Source: an uncultured Phycisphaerales bacterium
GTDB lineage: Bacteria; Planctomycetota; Phycisphaerae; Phycisphaerales; SM1A02
Length of the DNA: 64,000 nt
Direction: 5' to 3'
NCBI GenBank assembly: GCA_938084645.1
Contig: CALKEP010000033.1
Span: 32,001-96,000 of the forward strand
Shown here: one piece after another, positions 30,162 through 39,524 of the stretch
How the letters are laid out: every line of letters starts with the position of its first letter
Position numbering within the stretch: the first letter of the stretch is position 1
Position numbers and translations under genes: made by a program
The notes under the pieces: generated by a model
What the model saw: the letters and a program-made list of their open reading frames with translations, nothing else
Database searches by the model: none
Told to the model about the DNA's origin: nothing

Positions 30162-31751
30162 TCAGGGGCAGTCCGCCGGACGGAAGTCGGGAAGCGGCCA
30201 CGCGCAACCGCCCCAGTTCGAGAGGAGCTGTCCGAGATCACCGGAATCGATGGTCGGTGATTGACGATCGAGATTGAAGCACTGCCCATCGGCCGATGGA
30301 ACGCCGCCGTAGTCCCAGTGGAGAAGCAGTTCGGCGAGGTCGCTGCCGTCGACCATGCCGTCCCGATTGAAATCGCCGGGGCAGGTATCGCACCACGGCA
30401 CCTCGCCCGCCGCGGGTTCGTTCAGGTACTGATGCGGTTCGATGTAGGTGATGAGGAACATCGGGTGATGCGTGGCGTGGATCATCTCGCTCGCCGCCCC
30501 GAAGCTTCCGCTCAGATCACCCGGCACGAAGTCCTTCGCCTCCGGGTCGAACTCGTTCCAGTTGAGCGTGAGGCCGAGGCCGCTGAATGGGAATCCCACC
30601 ACGTAGTCGAGGTCCTGCCAGTCGCGGGGGGCCGAGTCCCAGCTGTTCGACTTCCACTTCACGAGCCAGTCCTCGAAACCCTGCGTTCCCCGATACTCGG
30701 TCGGCGGGTTGTTTCGACCGTTGTCGGTGTAGCCGACGAAGTCCGCGGTGGCGGTGATGTAGGCGTCGTAGAGCGGTTCGTCGGCGGTCGGTGCCCGGTA
30801 GCTTCCGACCCCCTTCTCGACGGACCAGATCGGACGTCCGTTCTGCGTGGGGAGTCGCTCGGTCGTCCGGCGCATCGACGGATTGAAGGACGGCCTGACG
30901 AACGCGTCGCGATCGGCCACGAACACGTAGAGCTGCTGCTTCCACCATCGAGCGCTCGCCGGCTGATCCGCGCCGATGCCCGGGCGGTACTCCCACGGGT
31001 CGCTGAACGGGACGGATCCGTCGTCCCCCGGAAACATGTAGGGCATGCCGACGCCCGACACCGCGATCGACGGCGCGAGCACGCAGGGCATGGCGTTCGG
31101 CGCGGGGTCTTCCGGATCGGAGCAGCCGCCAAGTCCCAGTACCTCCCGGACGTAGTGGAGCGTGGTACCGGGGGCGTACACGACGCCGCCGTCCTCCTGT
31201 TCGGCGATGTGGGCCGTCATCCAGTTGTTGTACGTCTTGTCATGCGTGTTGACTTCGTAGGGTCGGAACACCGCCTCCCCGTTCGAATCCAGGTCGAGAA
31301 TCGGCAGGTAGGCGTCGCGCACGGATCGGAACCCGCCGCCGGCGAAGGTCGACGGCTTGTTCACATTGAGACTGATCACGATCACCGGATTGTCGATCGT
31401 GTACGGCACGGGGGGATCGTCCGGGTGGTACTGGACGTTGATGGTGAGCGGTTGATCGGATTCCGGGAACGAGACCAGCTTCTCCCAGACCAGGTCAGGC
31501 TGCTCGGTGGTCACGCTCGCGGGCGCGCCGATGGGAGCGTTGTCCGGGCCGAGGAGGAGCGTCGACCTGTTGTACTGCTTGACCCAGTCCGCCAGCGGAT
31601 AGAAACCGGTCGGCGGGAACGAGACCGGATTGAAGATGTCGAGTGGATTGCACGGCTCGTCGCCGGCGGCGCAAGGTGCGGCCGCGAGCGATGTCAGCAT
31701 CAAGCCTCCGGCCAGAAGCACAGCCGCCGATGGGTTGCGGAATTGACGCAT
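30162..31751 (-). CDS. Secreted protein of unknown function with C-terminal dockerin-like repeats
   Basis: Signal peptide; AAGGAG SD; CPGDFNRDGMVDGSDLAELLLHW and IDSGDLGQLLSNWG. Confidence 0.82.
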   Translation of the reverse strand: MRQFRNPSAAVLLAGGLMLTSLAAAPCAAGDEPCNPLDIFNPVSFPPTGFYPLADWVKQYNRSTLLLGPDNAPIGAPASVTTEQPDLVWEKLVSFPESDQPLTINVQYHPDDPPVPYTIDNPVIVISLNVNKPSTFAGGGFRSVRDAYLPILDLDSNGEAVFRPYEVNTHDKTYNNWMTAHIAEQEDGGVVYAPGTTLHYVREVLGLGGCSDPEDPAPNAMPCVLAPSIAVSGVGMPYMFPGDDGSVPFSDPWEYRPGIGADQPASARWWKQQLYVFVADRDAFVRPSFNPSMRRTTERLPTQNGRPIWSVEKGVGSYRAPTADEPLYDAYITATADFVGYTDNGRNNPPTEYRGTQGFEDWLVKWKSNSWDSAPRDWQDLDYVVGFPFSGLGLTLNWNEFDPEAKDFVPGDLSGSFGAASEMIHATHHPMFLITYIEPHQYLNEPAAGEVPWCDTCPGDFNRDGMVDGSDLAELLLHWDYGGVPSADGQCFNLDRQSPTIDSGDLGQLLSNWGGCAWPLPDFRPADCP

Positions 31752-31948
31752 GGGGTTCTTTCTCCTTGGAGACGAATTATCGTTGGCGTCGACGGATCCG
31801 GCGATCCGGAATGGGGATCACCCGGGCGATCCCGAGAAACCGCCGGACCCCGCTCCCGCCCATGGTACCGGGCCGAGGCGCTGGAACAAGATGAATCGAG
31901 GCGCCACGGCCATCCGGCCGCGTCACCGCGTCATACCTTCGTCCTTGC

Positions 31949-34504
31949 TCAGATATCGAGGTTCTTCACCTCGAGGGCGTGTGCCTCGATGTAGTTCCGG
32001 CGCGCCTCGACGTTCTCGCCCATCAGGGTCGCGAAGAGGGCATCGGCTTCGCTCGCGGCGTCCCAACTGACCCGCAGGAGGGTCCGCTTCTCGGGATCCA
32101 TCGTGGTCTCCCAGAGTTGTTCGGCTTCCATCTCACCGAGACCCTTGAACCGCTTCACTTCGCTGCCCCTGCGGCCGACCTCCTGCATGGTCGAGGTGAT
32201 CGCGGGGATGTTCACCGCTTCGACGATCTCCTCGGGCGGATCCTTCTTCGGGGTCGCGACCAGCCAGCCGTAGCGGGTGGGCAGTCGCTCACCGGTGACC
32301 GCTTCCTCCTGGACGAGTGCCCAGTCGTCGATCGAGACGCCGGTCTCGGCGAGCTCCACGATGATCCGGTCGATCTCCCGGTTCTCGTGGAGTTCCCAGA
32401 CGGTGGCGACCCGGGTGGGATCGGGACCGGGGACGGCCTCGGGATCGATCGACGTATCGAGGATCAGATCGTTCGCCCCGATCGCCTCCATCGCCTCGGC
32501 CTCGCTCCAGCAGAGCCGCTCTCCGGACTGCCACCGAAGATGGAAGTGGGGAAGCCGGTCCTCGCCCTGGGGATCGCGGTGCCGGGCGTCGAGCAGGTCC
32601 GTGAAGAGGAGGCCTCGGCGCTGGGACACGGTGACGAGTTCGTCGAGTCGTTCGAGTCGGCGGAGAAGCCGTCTGGCGTCGTCGCCCTCCACGCGGGATC
32701 GAATTTCGCCGTCGTCCTCGCGGACGACGAAGACCGCGTGCTCGAGGGACTGGTCGATGAGCACCTCGTTCATGCGTCGATCGTTCAGCACGTACGAGGC
32801 CTTCTTGCCCCGAAGCAGCTGGTAGAGCGGAGGCTGCGCGATGTACACGTGGCCCCGCCGAACCAGTTCCGACATCTGCCGGAAGAAGAACGTCAGCAGG
32901 AGCGTGCGGATGTGCGAGCCGTCCACGTCGGCGTCCGTCATGATGATGATGCGGCCGTATCGAAGCTTGCTGACGTCGAAATCCTCGCCGATGCCGCACT
33001 GCAGCGCCTGGATCAGCGTGCGGATCTCCTCGAATCCGAGGACCTTGTCGAGCCTCGCCTTCTCGACGTTGAGCAGTTTGCCGCGAAGCGGAAGAATGGC
33101 CTGCGTGACGTGGTTTCGTCCGCCCTTCGCGCTTCCGCCCGCCGAATCACCTTCGACGAGGAAGATCTCGGTCTCCTCGACCTTGTTGCTCGAACAGTCC
33201 GCGAGCTTGTGCGGCATGCCGCCCGAATCGAGTGCGCCCTTCCGCTTGATCAGTTCGCGCGCCTTTCGGGCGGCTTCCCGCGCCTGGGCGGCGAGGACCG
33301 CCTTCTGGGCGATCTGCTTCGCTTCCTGGGGGTGTTCGTCGAGCCAGGCGCCGAGTCCATCGGAGACCAGCTTGCTGACGAAGCTCTCCGCCTCCTGGTT
33401 GAGCAGCTTTTCCTTGGTCTGGTTGTTGAACTGCGGATCGGCGATCTTCACGCTCACGATCGCGGTCAGGCCTTCGCGGAGGTCGTCGCCGCTCGGCGTG
33501 ACGTCCTTGAGCAGGTTGTTCTTCTTCGAGTAGCCGTTGATGGTCCGGGTGAGGGCGGTCTTGAAGCCCTGGACGTGGGTTCCGCCGTCCGGATTGAAGA
33601 TGTTGTTGCCGAAGGCGAGCAGGTTCTCGCTCGTCGAGTCGGTGTACTGCATCGCGATCTCGGCGCGGATCTGCAATTCCTCGTCGCCGGCTTCGAAGTG
33701 GATGATGGGGCTGTCGGCCTTCTTCGCCGAGTTGAGATGCGCGACGTACGCGAGCAGGCCCTTCTCGTCGTGATAGGTCTCCTCGCGGATTCGTCCGGAC
33801 GCGTCGACCCGCTCGTCGATCAGCCGGATCACGACCCCCGAGTTCAGAAAGGCCAGCTCGCGGAGTCGATGCTGAAGGGTCTCGAACCGGAATTCGGTCT
33901 CGGGGAAGATCGTCGAGTCGGGTTTGAAGGAGATCCGGGTGCCGTTGCGGCCTTCGGGGATGTCGATGACGCCGGACTGGTCGAGGTCCACGAGCGGTTT
34001 GGAGACCTCGCCGCGGGAGAATTCGATCGCCTTGACGCCGCCGTCCTTGACCACTTCGACGCGGGTCCACTCCGAAAGGGCGTTGACGCACTTCACGCCC
34101 ACGCCGTGGAGCCCGCCGGAGACCTTGTAGGCGTTGTCGCCGAACTTCCCGCCCGCGTGGAGCTGGGTGAGGATCACCTCGACCGCGGGTCGGCCGTCGA
34201 TCGTCGGGTTCTCGTGCTTCATCGGGCCGGTCGGCATGCCACGGCCGTCGTCGGTCACGACGCAGGACCCGTCGATGCCCAGTCGCACCGTCACGCGGGT
34301 CGCGAAGCCGGCCATGGCCTCGTCGATCGCGTTGTCCACGCACTCGTAGACGAGGTGGTGGAGGGCGTTGAGTCCCGTGCCGCCCACGTACATGCCCGGT
34401 CGCTTCCGAACCGCCTCGAGACCCTCGAGGACCTGGATGGAATCGCTGGTGTAGTCGCCACCCTGGCCGGTGGAGGCGTCGACGGGTTCGGTTGGATCGG
34501 TCAT
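31949..34504 (-). CDS. gyrB: DNA gyrase subunit B
   Basis: LEAVRKRPGMY, ECVDN, GGLHGVG, EGDSAGG, PLRGK, DADVDG, FKGLGEM. Confidence 0.97.
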   Translation of the reverse strand: MTDPTEPVDASTGQGGDYTSDSIQVLEGLEAVRKRPGMYVGGTGLNALHHLVYECVDNAIDEAMAGFATRVTVRLGIDGSCVVTDDGRGMPTGPMKHENPTIDGRPAVEVILTQLHAGGKFGDNAYKVSGGLHGVGVKCVNALSEWTRVEVVKDGGVKAIEFSRGEVSKPLVDLDQSGVIDIPEGRNGTRISFKPDSTIFPETEFRFETLQHRLRELAFLNSGVVIRLIDERVDASGRIREETYHDEKGLLAYVAHLNSAKKADSPIIHFEAGDEELQIRAEIAMQYTDSTSENLLAFGNNIFNPDGGTHVQGFKTALTRTINGYSKKNNLLKDVTPSGDDLREGLTAIVSVKIADPQFNNQTKEKLLNQEAESFVSKLVSDGLGAWLDEHPQEAKQIAQKAVLAAQAREAARKARELIKRKGALDSGGMPHKLADCSSNKVEETEIFLVEGDSAGGSAKGGRNHVTQAILPLRGKLLNVEKARLDKVLGFEEIRTLIQALQCGIGEDFDVSKLRYGRIIIMTDADVDGSHIRTLLLTFFFRQMSELVRRGHVYIAQPPLYQLLRGKKASYVLNDRRMNEVLIDQSLEHAVFVVREDDGEIRSRVEGDDARRLLRRLERLDELVTVSQRRGLLFTDLLDARHRDPQGEDRLPHFHLRWQSGERLCWSEAEAMEAIGANDLILDTSIDPEAVPGPDPTRVATVWELHENREIDRIIVELAETGVSIDDWALVQEEAVTGERLPTRYGWLVATPKKDPPEEIVEAVNIPAITSTMQEVGRRGSEVKRFKGLGEMEAEQLWETTMDPEKRTLLRVSWDAASEADALFATLMGENVEARRNYIEAHALEVKNLDI

Positions 34505-34744
34505 GGCCGGGGCTCAGCGGGTGGGGTGCGGTTCGGGCGCGACATCTCGGGAGGGGCCCGGCTCGGATCAGCCGGACAGGGTTCGCGAGGTGACGCGAAG
34601 GCGTCGAAAGATCGGCCGTTCCGGGCCTGATCGATCGCGTCCCGAAGCATCAACTTCGGGACACCGAATTCTACCGGAAAACCGCCGCGAAAGTGGTGTT
34701 TCGGAGGGCTCGAAACGACTTCCCCTGCTCCCTGCGGGCCAACT

Positions 34745-35890
34745 TCAGGCCACGTGGCGACGAGGCTCGGCGAGCCCTTCGGGCAGGGTCCCGATTGGAG
34801 GCAGCGGACGTCCGTCCTGGTGCGTGGCGTGGATCCCGGCGTCGGTCGCCAGATCGATTTCCGCCCCCGTTCGCCCCGGTCGGATTTCGCGTACCAGCGG
34901 GCCGAGCGGGTGAAGCTCGTTGGGGACGAGTACGACTGCTTCCCGGCCGTTCGAGAGTCGGACCGAGGTCCCGGGGGGGAGGGCGGGGACGGCGATCGGG
35001 AGCGCCGCCAGCACGGTGGGGTCGAACCATCCGCGTCGAACGGGGTCGGTCATCCAGGCGAGGGACTCGATCCGGGTCTCCTCGGGATGGAGTGACCGGC
35101 GGCGGTCGAAATGGTCGGCGACCGCGACGATCCGACTGAACACATGGAGATCGGCGGGAGGCGACGTCCGACGACCCGCGGACGCCGGGAATCCGGTTCC
35201 GTCGAAGCGTCGATGGTGCTGCATCGCGGCGGCAACGACCGCGGCCGGGACCGATCGGGTGAGGATCCTCCGGGCGTCCAGGCAGTGTGCGGCTTCGGTC
35301 GTCGGATCGGGTGTCTCGAGGTTCTCGTCGCAGGGAACGCGAATCCGCCCGATGTCGTGCAGGAGTCCACTCAGTGCCAGGGGCGCGAGATCGGTGGCTC
35401 GTATCCGGGAGAGGCGAGGGCGTTCGGAGGCCACGTGGTTCCGAAGCAGGAGCCCGAGCAGGAGTGACAGGTGGCAGACCGAGACGGCGTGCCGGGTCGC
35501 CTCGTCGTCGCCTCCGACGACCTCGGTCACGAGCCGGGCGGTGCGGCTCGAGTCCTGGGCGGTTGCGACGAGTTCGTTCACCGCGGTCCTCATCGCATCG
35601 ACGGCCACCGCGGGATTCCGCGTCGCGGCGATGTCGCGAATCGACGCACCGGCTCGATCCGCGAGATCGTCCCGGCTGGTCTCGAGCGCCACCGGGAGAA
35701 ACTCCTCGACGCCCTCCGTGCCGGCGCGTTCGATCCACGCCTGTCGGACGCCCATCCTCGCAAGCCGTTCGAGGGTGCCGAGGTCGAGCACCGTTCCGGC
35801 GGCCAGCAGCATGCCTCGTCGGCCCTTTCGGCGGACCGGGTGGGCGAGCGTTTCTCCGACGGTGAGATCCCGGATCATCTTCAGCAGCAC
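34745..35890 (-). CDS. HD-GYP-like domain protein (start uncertain: 35890 or 35932)
   Basis: GLLHDIG, QHHRRFDGTGFP, IVAVADHFD, FDP, PPGTSVRLSNG; AAGGGGG before GTG 35890. Confidence 0.8.
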   Translation of the reverse strand: MLLKMIRDLTVGETLAHPVRRKGRRGMLLAAGTVLDLGTLERLARMGVRQAWIERAGTEGVEEFLPVALETSRDDLADRAGASIRDIAATRNPAVAVDAMRTAVNELVATAQDSSRTARLVTEVVGGDDEATRHAVSVCHLSLLLGLLLRNHVASERPRLSRIRATDLAPLALSGLLHDIGRIRVPCDENLETPDPTTEAAHCLDARRILTRSVPAAVVAAAMQHHRRFDGTGFPASAGRRTSPPADLHVFSRIVAVADHFDRRRSLHPEETRIESLAWMTDPVRRGWFDPTVLAALPIAVPALPPGTSVRLSNGREAVVLVPNELHPLGPLVREIRPGRTGAEIDLATDAGIHATHQDGRPLPPIGTLPEGLAEPRRHVA

Positions 35891-36217
35891 GTGTCGTCCC
35901 CCTTGCAGCCTGCGTCGCTCAGGCCGACTCATCCGCGGCCTGCGTGGAGATCGACGATCGATCGTCGCGGGTGGCCGGTGATCCGGAGGACGGGTGGGAA
36001 CGGGGATCGCCCACCCGGCACAACCCGCCCGATCCGCGGATTCCACGACAGGAGGCGGTCCTATACTGAAGCGGGTCGACCCTGACAGTCGATCAAAACG
36101 TGTCGGATCGTTCGGATGGCACGAACCGTGGCCCTTCGACCGTCGTTTCGAAGACTCTCGCGGTCGCCGAAGCGTTCGTGCTCCATCCGGCCCGGATCAT
36201 GGAAAGGTGCGTGGCTG

Positions 36218-36985
36218 ATGGCCGAGCGAAGTCCGGATGGCGTCCCGAACACCACCGAAGCTGACGTCGATCGGCGATGCATGCTGGGCGAGGTCGCACG
36301 CTCGCTCCTTGCCGGGGGCATGGTCGCGGCGGGACTCGGTGCCTGCTCGTCGACGCCGAGCCGGTCGACCGGCGTCCAACCCGACTGGCCCACGCCCGGG
36401 CGGGGAAGCACTCGTTCCGCGTCCACGGAGATCGTGAAGCCCAGCACTGCGGGAGCGGACCAGCGATTCCGTCACGTGGCGGCGCGGGCCTCGTGGACCG
36501 GCGTGAAGCCCGATTACGCGGACATGAATCGGATGACTCCGATTCGAGCGATCACCGTCCACCACGACGGTCTTCCCACGCCGCTCGCATCGAGCCGGAC
36601 CAGGGACACCGAGGACCGGCTCCGCCTGATTCAACGGGCGCATGTCAACAGTCGTGGGTGGGCGGACATCGGCTACCACTACGCGATCGATCGGGCCGGC
36701 CGGGTCTGGGCGTGTCGGCCCGTGACCTGGCAAGGCGCGCACGTCAAGAATCGCAACGAGGGCAACATCGGGGTCCTCGTGCTGGGCAACTTCGAGACCG
36801 AGCGTCCCTCGACGGCGCAGCTTTCGGGGCTCGCCATGCACCTCAAGACCCTCTCCGTCGCCTATCGGGTTCCCGTGTCGCGGATCTACACGCACCGCGA
36901 GTGGCCGGGGGCCGCGACGCAGTGCCCGGGTCGGAATCTGCAGCCGTCGATCAACCGGATCCGCAGCCGCGGGCTGGTCGCCTGA
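36218..36985 (+). CDS. N-acetylmuramoyl-L-alanine amidase (PGRP/T7-lysozyme type), probable lipoprotein
   Basis: DRR...GLGAC signal; TVHH, RGWADIGYHY, GAHV, GNF, HRE...TQCPG zinc ligands. Confidence 0.88.
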   Translation: MAERSPDGVPNTTEADVDRRCMLGEVARSLLAGGMVAAGLGACSSTPSRSTGVQPDWPTPGRGSTRSASTEIVKPSTAGADQRFRHVAARASWTGVKPDYADMNRMTPIRAITVHHDGLPTPLASSRTRDTEDRLRLIQRAHVNSRGWADIGYHYAIDRAGRVWACRPVTWQGAHVKNRNEGNIGVLVLGNFETERPSTAQLSGLAMHLKTLSVAYRVPVSRIYTHREWPGAATQCPGRNLQPSINRIRSRGLVA

Positions 36986-37026
36986 TCCGGAAGGCCGCAC
37001 CGTTCACGGCGTGGTCGAGTGATGAC

Positions 37027-37224
37027 TCAGGATCGATCGCGGTCACGCTGCAGCTCGCGATCGAAGGCTTCCGGCGACTCGCCGCGACCGATCGCGGCAC
37101 GACGATCGTCGGCGTCGAGCTTGGCCTGAAGCTCCTCGTCTCCGGACTCGCGTTGGTTCACGACCTTCCAGATGAACCAGCCGACGATCAGCATCGAGGC
37201 CGTCATGGCGAGCATTTCGATCAT
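37027..37224 (-). CDS. Small membrane protein (65 aa)
   Basis: GAGGAGG SD; hydrophobic N-terminus and charged tail; directly downstream of xylB. Confidence 0.7.
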   Translation of the reverse strand: MIEMLAMTASMLIVGWFIWKVVNQRESGDEELQAKLDADDRRAAIGRGESPEAFDRELQRDRDRS

Positions 37225-37248
37225 CGGGCGGATCCTCCTCGGTCGATG

Positions 37249-38763
37249 TCAGCCGTTGCCGGCGATGGCGGGAAACTCGGGCTGAAGCGCGGGGTAGAGC
37301 CGGGCGAAGATCTCGTGCCGCGCCGCAAGGACTTCGCGGTCGGGGCCCGGTTCGATTCGATCTCGTTCGCTTGAGACCGAATCACAGGCCTCCTCCACGC
37401 TTGCGAACGCGCCGGCGCCGACCGCGGCGAGGATCGCCGCTCCGCAGGCGGTGGCCTCCGTGGTGCTCGTGGTGGTGACGGGAACACCGAAGAGGTCGGC
37501 GCAAGTCCGCCTCCAGAGTCCGCTCTTCGCGCCGCCGCCTGAAAGGGTGACGGATCGGGGGCTCACCCCGGTGGATCGGATGAGCTCGAGACACTGGGCG
37601 AGCCCGTGGGTCACGCCTTCGAACACGGCTCGAGCGAGGTGTCGTCGATCGTGTCGGAGATCGAGGCCGATGAACGCGCCACGGGCATCCGCATCGGGCC
37701 ACGGAGTGCGCTCTCCCGAGAGATAGGGCAGGAAGAGCAGGCCGTCGGCGCCGGCCGGGACCTCGTTCGCCATCGCCTCGATTCGCGGGAAGGCATCGTC
37801 ACCCGCGGCTTCGTCGAGGTCGGGCACGATGGCGTTCCGGAACCAATCGAGGCTTCCGGCCCCGGAGAGCATGACCCCCATCAGATGCCATCGTCCGGGC
37901 ACCGCATGACAGAAGGCGTGCAGGCGCCCGTCGGGCGTGGATCGCCACGAATCGGTCGGTGCGAAGACCACGCCGCTGGTGCCGAGCGTGGTGCCGACGC
38001 GTCCCTCGGATACGAGTCCGGTCCCGATCGCGGAGGCCGCCTGATCCCCGGCGCCGGCGACGATCGGAATGCTCGGACGCAGGCCGGTCTCGGCCGCGGC
38101 GACATCGGAGATCGCCGCCACGACTTCGGGCCCCTCCGCCGCATGAGGCCACCAGGATCGAGGGAGATCGAGTTCGGTCAGCAGATCGTCCGCCCATGTC
38201 CTGCGGGCGCAATCGAAGACGGCGGTGCCCGAGGCGTCGGAGACGTCCGTCACCATCTCGCCCGAGAGCCGGTAGCGAATCCAGTCCTTGGGAAGCAGGA
38301 CGGTCTCGATGCGTGCGTAGGCGTCGGGCTCGTGCTCCCGCATCCAGAGCAGTTTCGGCGCCGTGAAGCCGGGGAGCATGCGATTGCCGCACGCCGCCAC
38401 GAGATGCTCGATCCCGAGCCGTTCCTCGACCGCGCGACACTGGGGCTGGCTTCGCCCGTCGTTCCAGAGGATGGCCGGTCGCACCGGCACGCCCTCGGCA
38501 TCGAGCGCCACCAGACCGTGCATCTGCCCCGTCACGCCCACCGCGTCGATGGATGCGGCGTCGATTCCCGCATCGCGACAGGCGTCGCGGATCGCGGCGA
38601 GGGAACTCGGCCACCACGCCTCGGGATCCTGCTCGGACCAGCCCGGCCGAGGAGCGTCGGGCTCGTGTCGTCCGGATCCGGTTCCCAGGACCTTTCCGGC
38701 GTCGTCGAGGACGATCGCCTTGGTTCCGCTGGTCCCGACGTCGATCCCGAGGAAGCGGCTCAT
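37249..38763 (-). CDS. xylB: Xylulokinase (FGGY family)
   Basis: GIDVGTSGTK, TGQMHG, ILWND, SDASGT, GAGDQ, FLPYLSGERTP. Confidence 0.92.
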   Translation of the reverse strand: MSRFLGIDVGTSGTKAIVLDDAGKVLGTGSGRHEPDAPRPGWSEQDPEAWWPSSLAAIRDACRDAGIDAASIDAVGVTGQMHGLVALDAEGVPVRPAILWNDGRSQPQCRAVEERLGIEHLVAACGNRMLPGFTAPKLLWMREHEPDAYARIETVLLPKDWIRYRLSGEMVTDVSDASGTAVFDCARRTWADDLLTELDLPRSWWPHAAEGPEVVAAISDVAAAETGLRPSIPIVAGAGDQAASAIGTGLVSEGRVGTTLGTSGVVFAPTDSWRSTPDGRLHAFCHAVPGRWHLMGVMLSGAGSLDWFRNAIVPDLDEAAGDDAFPRIEAMANEVPAGADGLLFLPYLSGERTPWPDADARGAFIGLDLRHDRRHLARAVFEGVTHGLAQCLELIRSTGVSPRSVTLSGGGAKSGLWRRTCADLFGVPVTTTSTTEATACGAAILAAVGAGAFASVEEACDSVSSERDRIEPGPDREVLAARHEIFARLYPALQPEFPAIAGNG

Positions 38764-38777
38764 GCTTGGAGGCTCAT
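38760..38777 (-). other. Candidate leaderless 5-codon mini-ORF (MSLQA) overlapping the xylB start by ATGA
   Basis: Minus strand reads TATCAT-TCCCCGC-ATG AGC CTC CAA GCA TGA; xylB has no SD. Confidence 0.35.
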
Positions 38778-38819
38778 GCGGGGAATGATATGACGGCCCG
38801 TGTCGTCGCGGAATGACGA

Positions 38820-39479
38820 TCAGTGATCGGGAATGCCGTCTCCGTCATGATCGTGGTCATGGTGGTCGTGATCGTGATGGTCATGCACGATGTTGGCATT
38901 CTCCTCGCCGGCGAGGGAGCCGAGCCGGAGGGAGCCGCGTTCCGGGCGACCGCCCACCCAGATGCGGTCGGCATCGACGACGAAGAGGCCATCGTCGTTT
39001 CGATCGCCGACCGTGCCTTCCACCACCACGAAACGCAGCGGGGCGAGGCCGCCCGCGCCTTCCGCGTTGGCCGCGATCGGGTCACCGGATTCGCCGATGA
39101 AGCGAATGGTCGCGAGGCCTGCGGTGAGCGCGTTCACTTCCTCGCAGCAGTAGTCCCAGGGGATCGGGCAGTGATCCTCTTCGCCCATCACCTCGCAGGA
39201 GAGCAGGGAGGGATCAGCCACCGTGAACATCGCCATGCCGTCGACGAAAGGTTCGGACCGGCCACCGATTCGGGCGAGGAAGGAGACCTGGTCGCCGACC
39301 TTCGCGGTCGGCTTGACCTTGATCAGGTCGGGCACTTCCGCCGGACGGTTCTTCGTGAAGTACGCGGCGGGGATCGCGGCCGCGACGGGGGTCGCGGGTT
39401 CGGGGCTGGCGGGTTCGCATCCGGCGAACAGCAATCCGGTGACGGTGCAGGCGGCGAGGGTGATCGTCTTGAGGTTCAT
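38820..39479 (-). CDS. Lipoprotein with CPIPWDYCC motif and His/Asp-rich tail
   Basis: Lipobox LFAGC; SC...HCPIPWDYCCE; tail HDHHDHDHHDHDHDGDGIPDH. Confidence 0.85.
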   Translation of the reverse strand: MNLKTITLAACTVTGLLFAGCEPASPEPATPVAAAIPAAYFTKNRPAEVPDLIKVKPTAKVGDQVSFLARIGGRSEPFVDGMAMFTVADPSLLSCEVMGEEDHCPIPWDYCCEEVNALTAGLATIRFIGESGDPIAANAEGAGGLAPLRFVVVEGTVGDRNDDGLFVVDADRIWVGGRPERGSLRLGSLAGEENANIVHDHHDHDHHDHDHDGDGIPDH

Positions 39480-39524
39480 GGTTCTGGGTCTCCGAGAAAC
39501 GAGGTCGAGAGAAGAGTAGGGGAT

